This document shows, piece by piece, positions 16,909-17,671 of a stretch of DNA of 17,671 nt. The position numbers and the translations under genes are program-made. A model generated the notes under the pieces. That model was not told where the DNA came from. It made no database searches and was given only the letters and a program-made list of their open reading frames with translations. The stretch comes from an uncultured Deferribacteres bacterium (GTDB taxonomy: Bacteria > Zhuqueibacterota > Zhuqueibacteria > Zhuqueibacterales > Geothermadaptataceae). The first letter of the stretch is position 1; every line of letters starts with the position of its first letter. The DNA lies in contig CAXHAT010000164.1 of the NCBI GenBank assembly GCA_964014485.1, forward strand, positions 1-17,671. The letters run 5' to 3'.

Positions 16909-17538
16909 ATGAGCCTGATTTCCGCAGCACTGTTTTGTTTGCCGAGCAATGCTTTTCGGCGTGCGGCATTACAAGTTTTGGCGCGCGAAACGTCTTCCGA
17001 TCAAACCGCTCGCATCTGGGGCGCGACGAAAAGCCGGCAATTAGAATTGCAAAGGCTGAGACCGCGCTACTCGTTTGGTTTGAACTTGCTTTTGCGCTAC
17101 TTCGAGTGGGATTGCGCTCTGTTCCTGGCGGCAAAGGAGGCGGGATTCGCTGAGACAACCGCAGGCCAGTTGGTTGAAGAAGTCAATTGGGGCGTCTTTG
17201 GGCCGGTGATCGAGCTTTCCTTTTCATTCTCGCGTCTGCGCGGCAGACACATACGCGTACGGGTCAAATGGATTACTGATTTGATGTTTAAGGCTCTCTT
17301 CACTTCGCCTTTCGAACGCACAACGCTGCCCGAAACACAGGACGTTGCTTTCAACGTGACAACTTGCCCGATTGCGCAATACTTCCGCGAACGGAGCGTT
17401 CCCGAACTAACGCGATACGCCGCATGTAGCCTCGATTACAAGATGGCGGCGGTCTGGGGCGTGCGTCTTGAACGCACCCAAACCATCGCGGAAGGACATT
17501 CGCTTTGTGATTTCAGGTTCAAAATCCATGAAAGCTAA
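16909..17538 (+). CDS. L-2-amino-thiazoline-4-carboxylic acid hydrolase (ATC_hydrolase)-family protein
   Basis: C-terminal FNVTTCPIAQYF...ACSLDY...LERTQTIAEGHSLCDFRF with three conserved Cys; actual activity unknown. Confidence 0.8.
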   Translation: MSLISAALFCLPSNAFRRAALQVLARETSSDQTARIWGATKSRQLELQRLRPRYSFGLNLLLRYFEWDCALFLAAKEAGFAETTAGQLVEEVNWGVFGPVIELSFSFSRLRGRHIRVRVKWITDLMFKALFTSPFERTTLPETQDVAFNVTTCPIAQYFRERSVPELTRYAACSLDYKMAAVWGVRLERTQTIAEGHSLCDFRFKIHES

Positions 17539-17621
17539 GCCAGTCGATGGAAACGGTACGTTGATGTGTAGCCCAGATTCATCGACAGAAATATGTTTGG
17601 CCGAAAAAACATCAACTGGCT
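17538..17621. repeat. Nested inverted repeat, possible bidirectional terminator-like structure
   Basis: AGCCAGTCGATG (17538-17549) / CATCAACTGGCT (17610-17621), 11/12; inner GTTGATG (17560-17566) / CATCGAC (17580-17586). Confidence 0.5.
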
Positions 17622-17671
17622 CTATATGAATTTGTGTGGGTAATCAAATTCGAGTTTTCCTGCGATGAAGT
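17622..17671 (-). CDS. Possible 3' end of a convergent gene entering from the right edge
   Basis: Minus frame reads ...FIAGKLEFDYPHKFI* and stops exactly at the edge of the inverted repeat; too short to verify. Confidence 0.3.
   Translation of the reverse strand, partial: FIAGKLEFDYPHKFI

Noticed and set aside
1..17671. CRISPR array, tRNA/rRNA, intact transposase or complete integron
   Set aside because: No regularly spaced identical repeats, no recognisable RNA genes, no transposase or integrase ORF and no complete attC seen.

Overview
Bacterial chromosomal window. Gene style suggests an FCB-group lineage such as KSB1/Calditrichota (inference). On the minus strand at left are a sensor histidine kinase with no response regulator in the window, a GNAT/YoaP gene and a partial MNT nucleotidyltransferase gene missed by the ORF track. 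A divergent intergenic region carries four 10-bp-spaced TAAC repeats. On the plus strand follows a probable envelope/export operon: a secreted tandem-PDZ protein, a membrane-anchored coiled-coil-hairpin + Ig/NEW3 protein, an ABC ATPase and two paralogous ABC-2/DUF3526-like permeases. It is interrupted by four secreted accessory genes: a LolA-like+SnoaL fusion, an MBL-fold lipoprotein and two beta-propellers. At right are a UDPGP type-1 pyrophosphorylase and an ATC-hydrolase-family gene. Nearly every intergenic gap holds a different palindromic REP/MITE-like element. The best candidate for a novel system is the PDZ/hairpin-NEW3/ABC module opposite a kinase whose periplasmic region contains a T9SS-CTD/FlgD-like Ig domain. 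All family calls are from motif recognition by eye; no searches were run.
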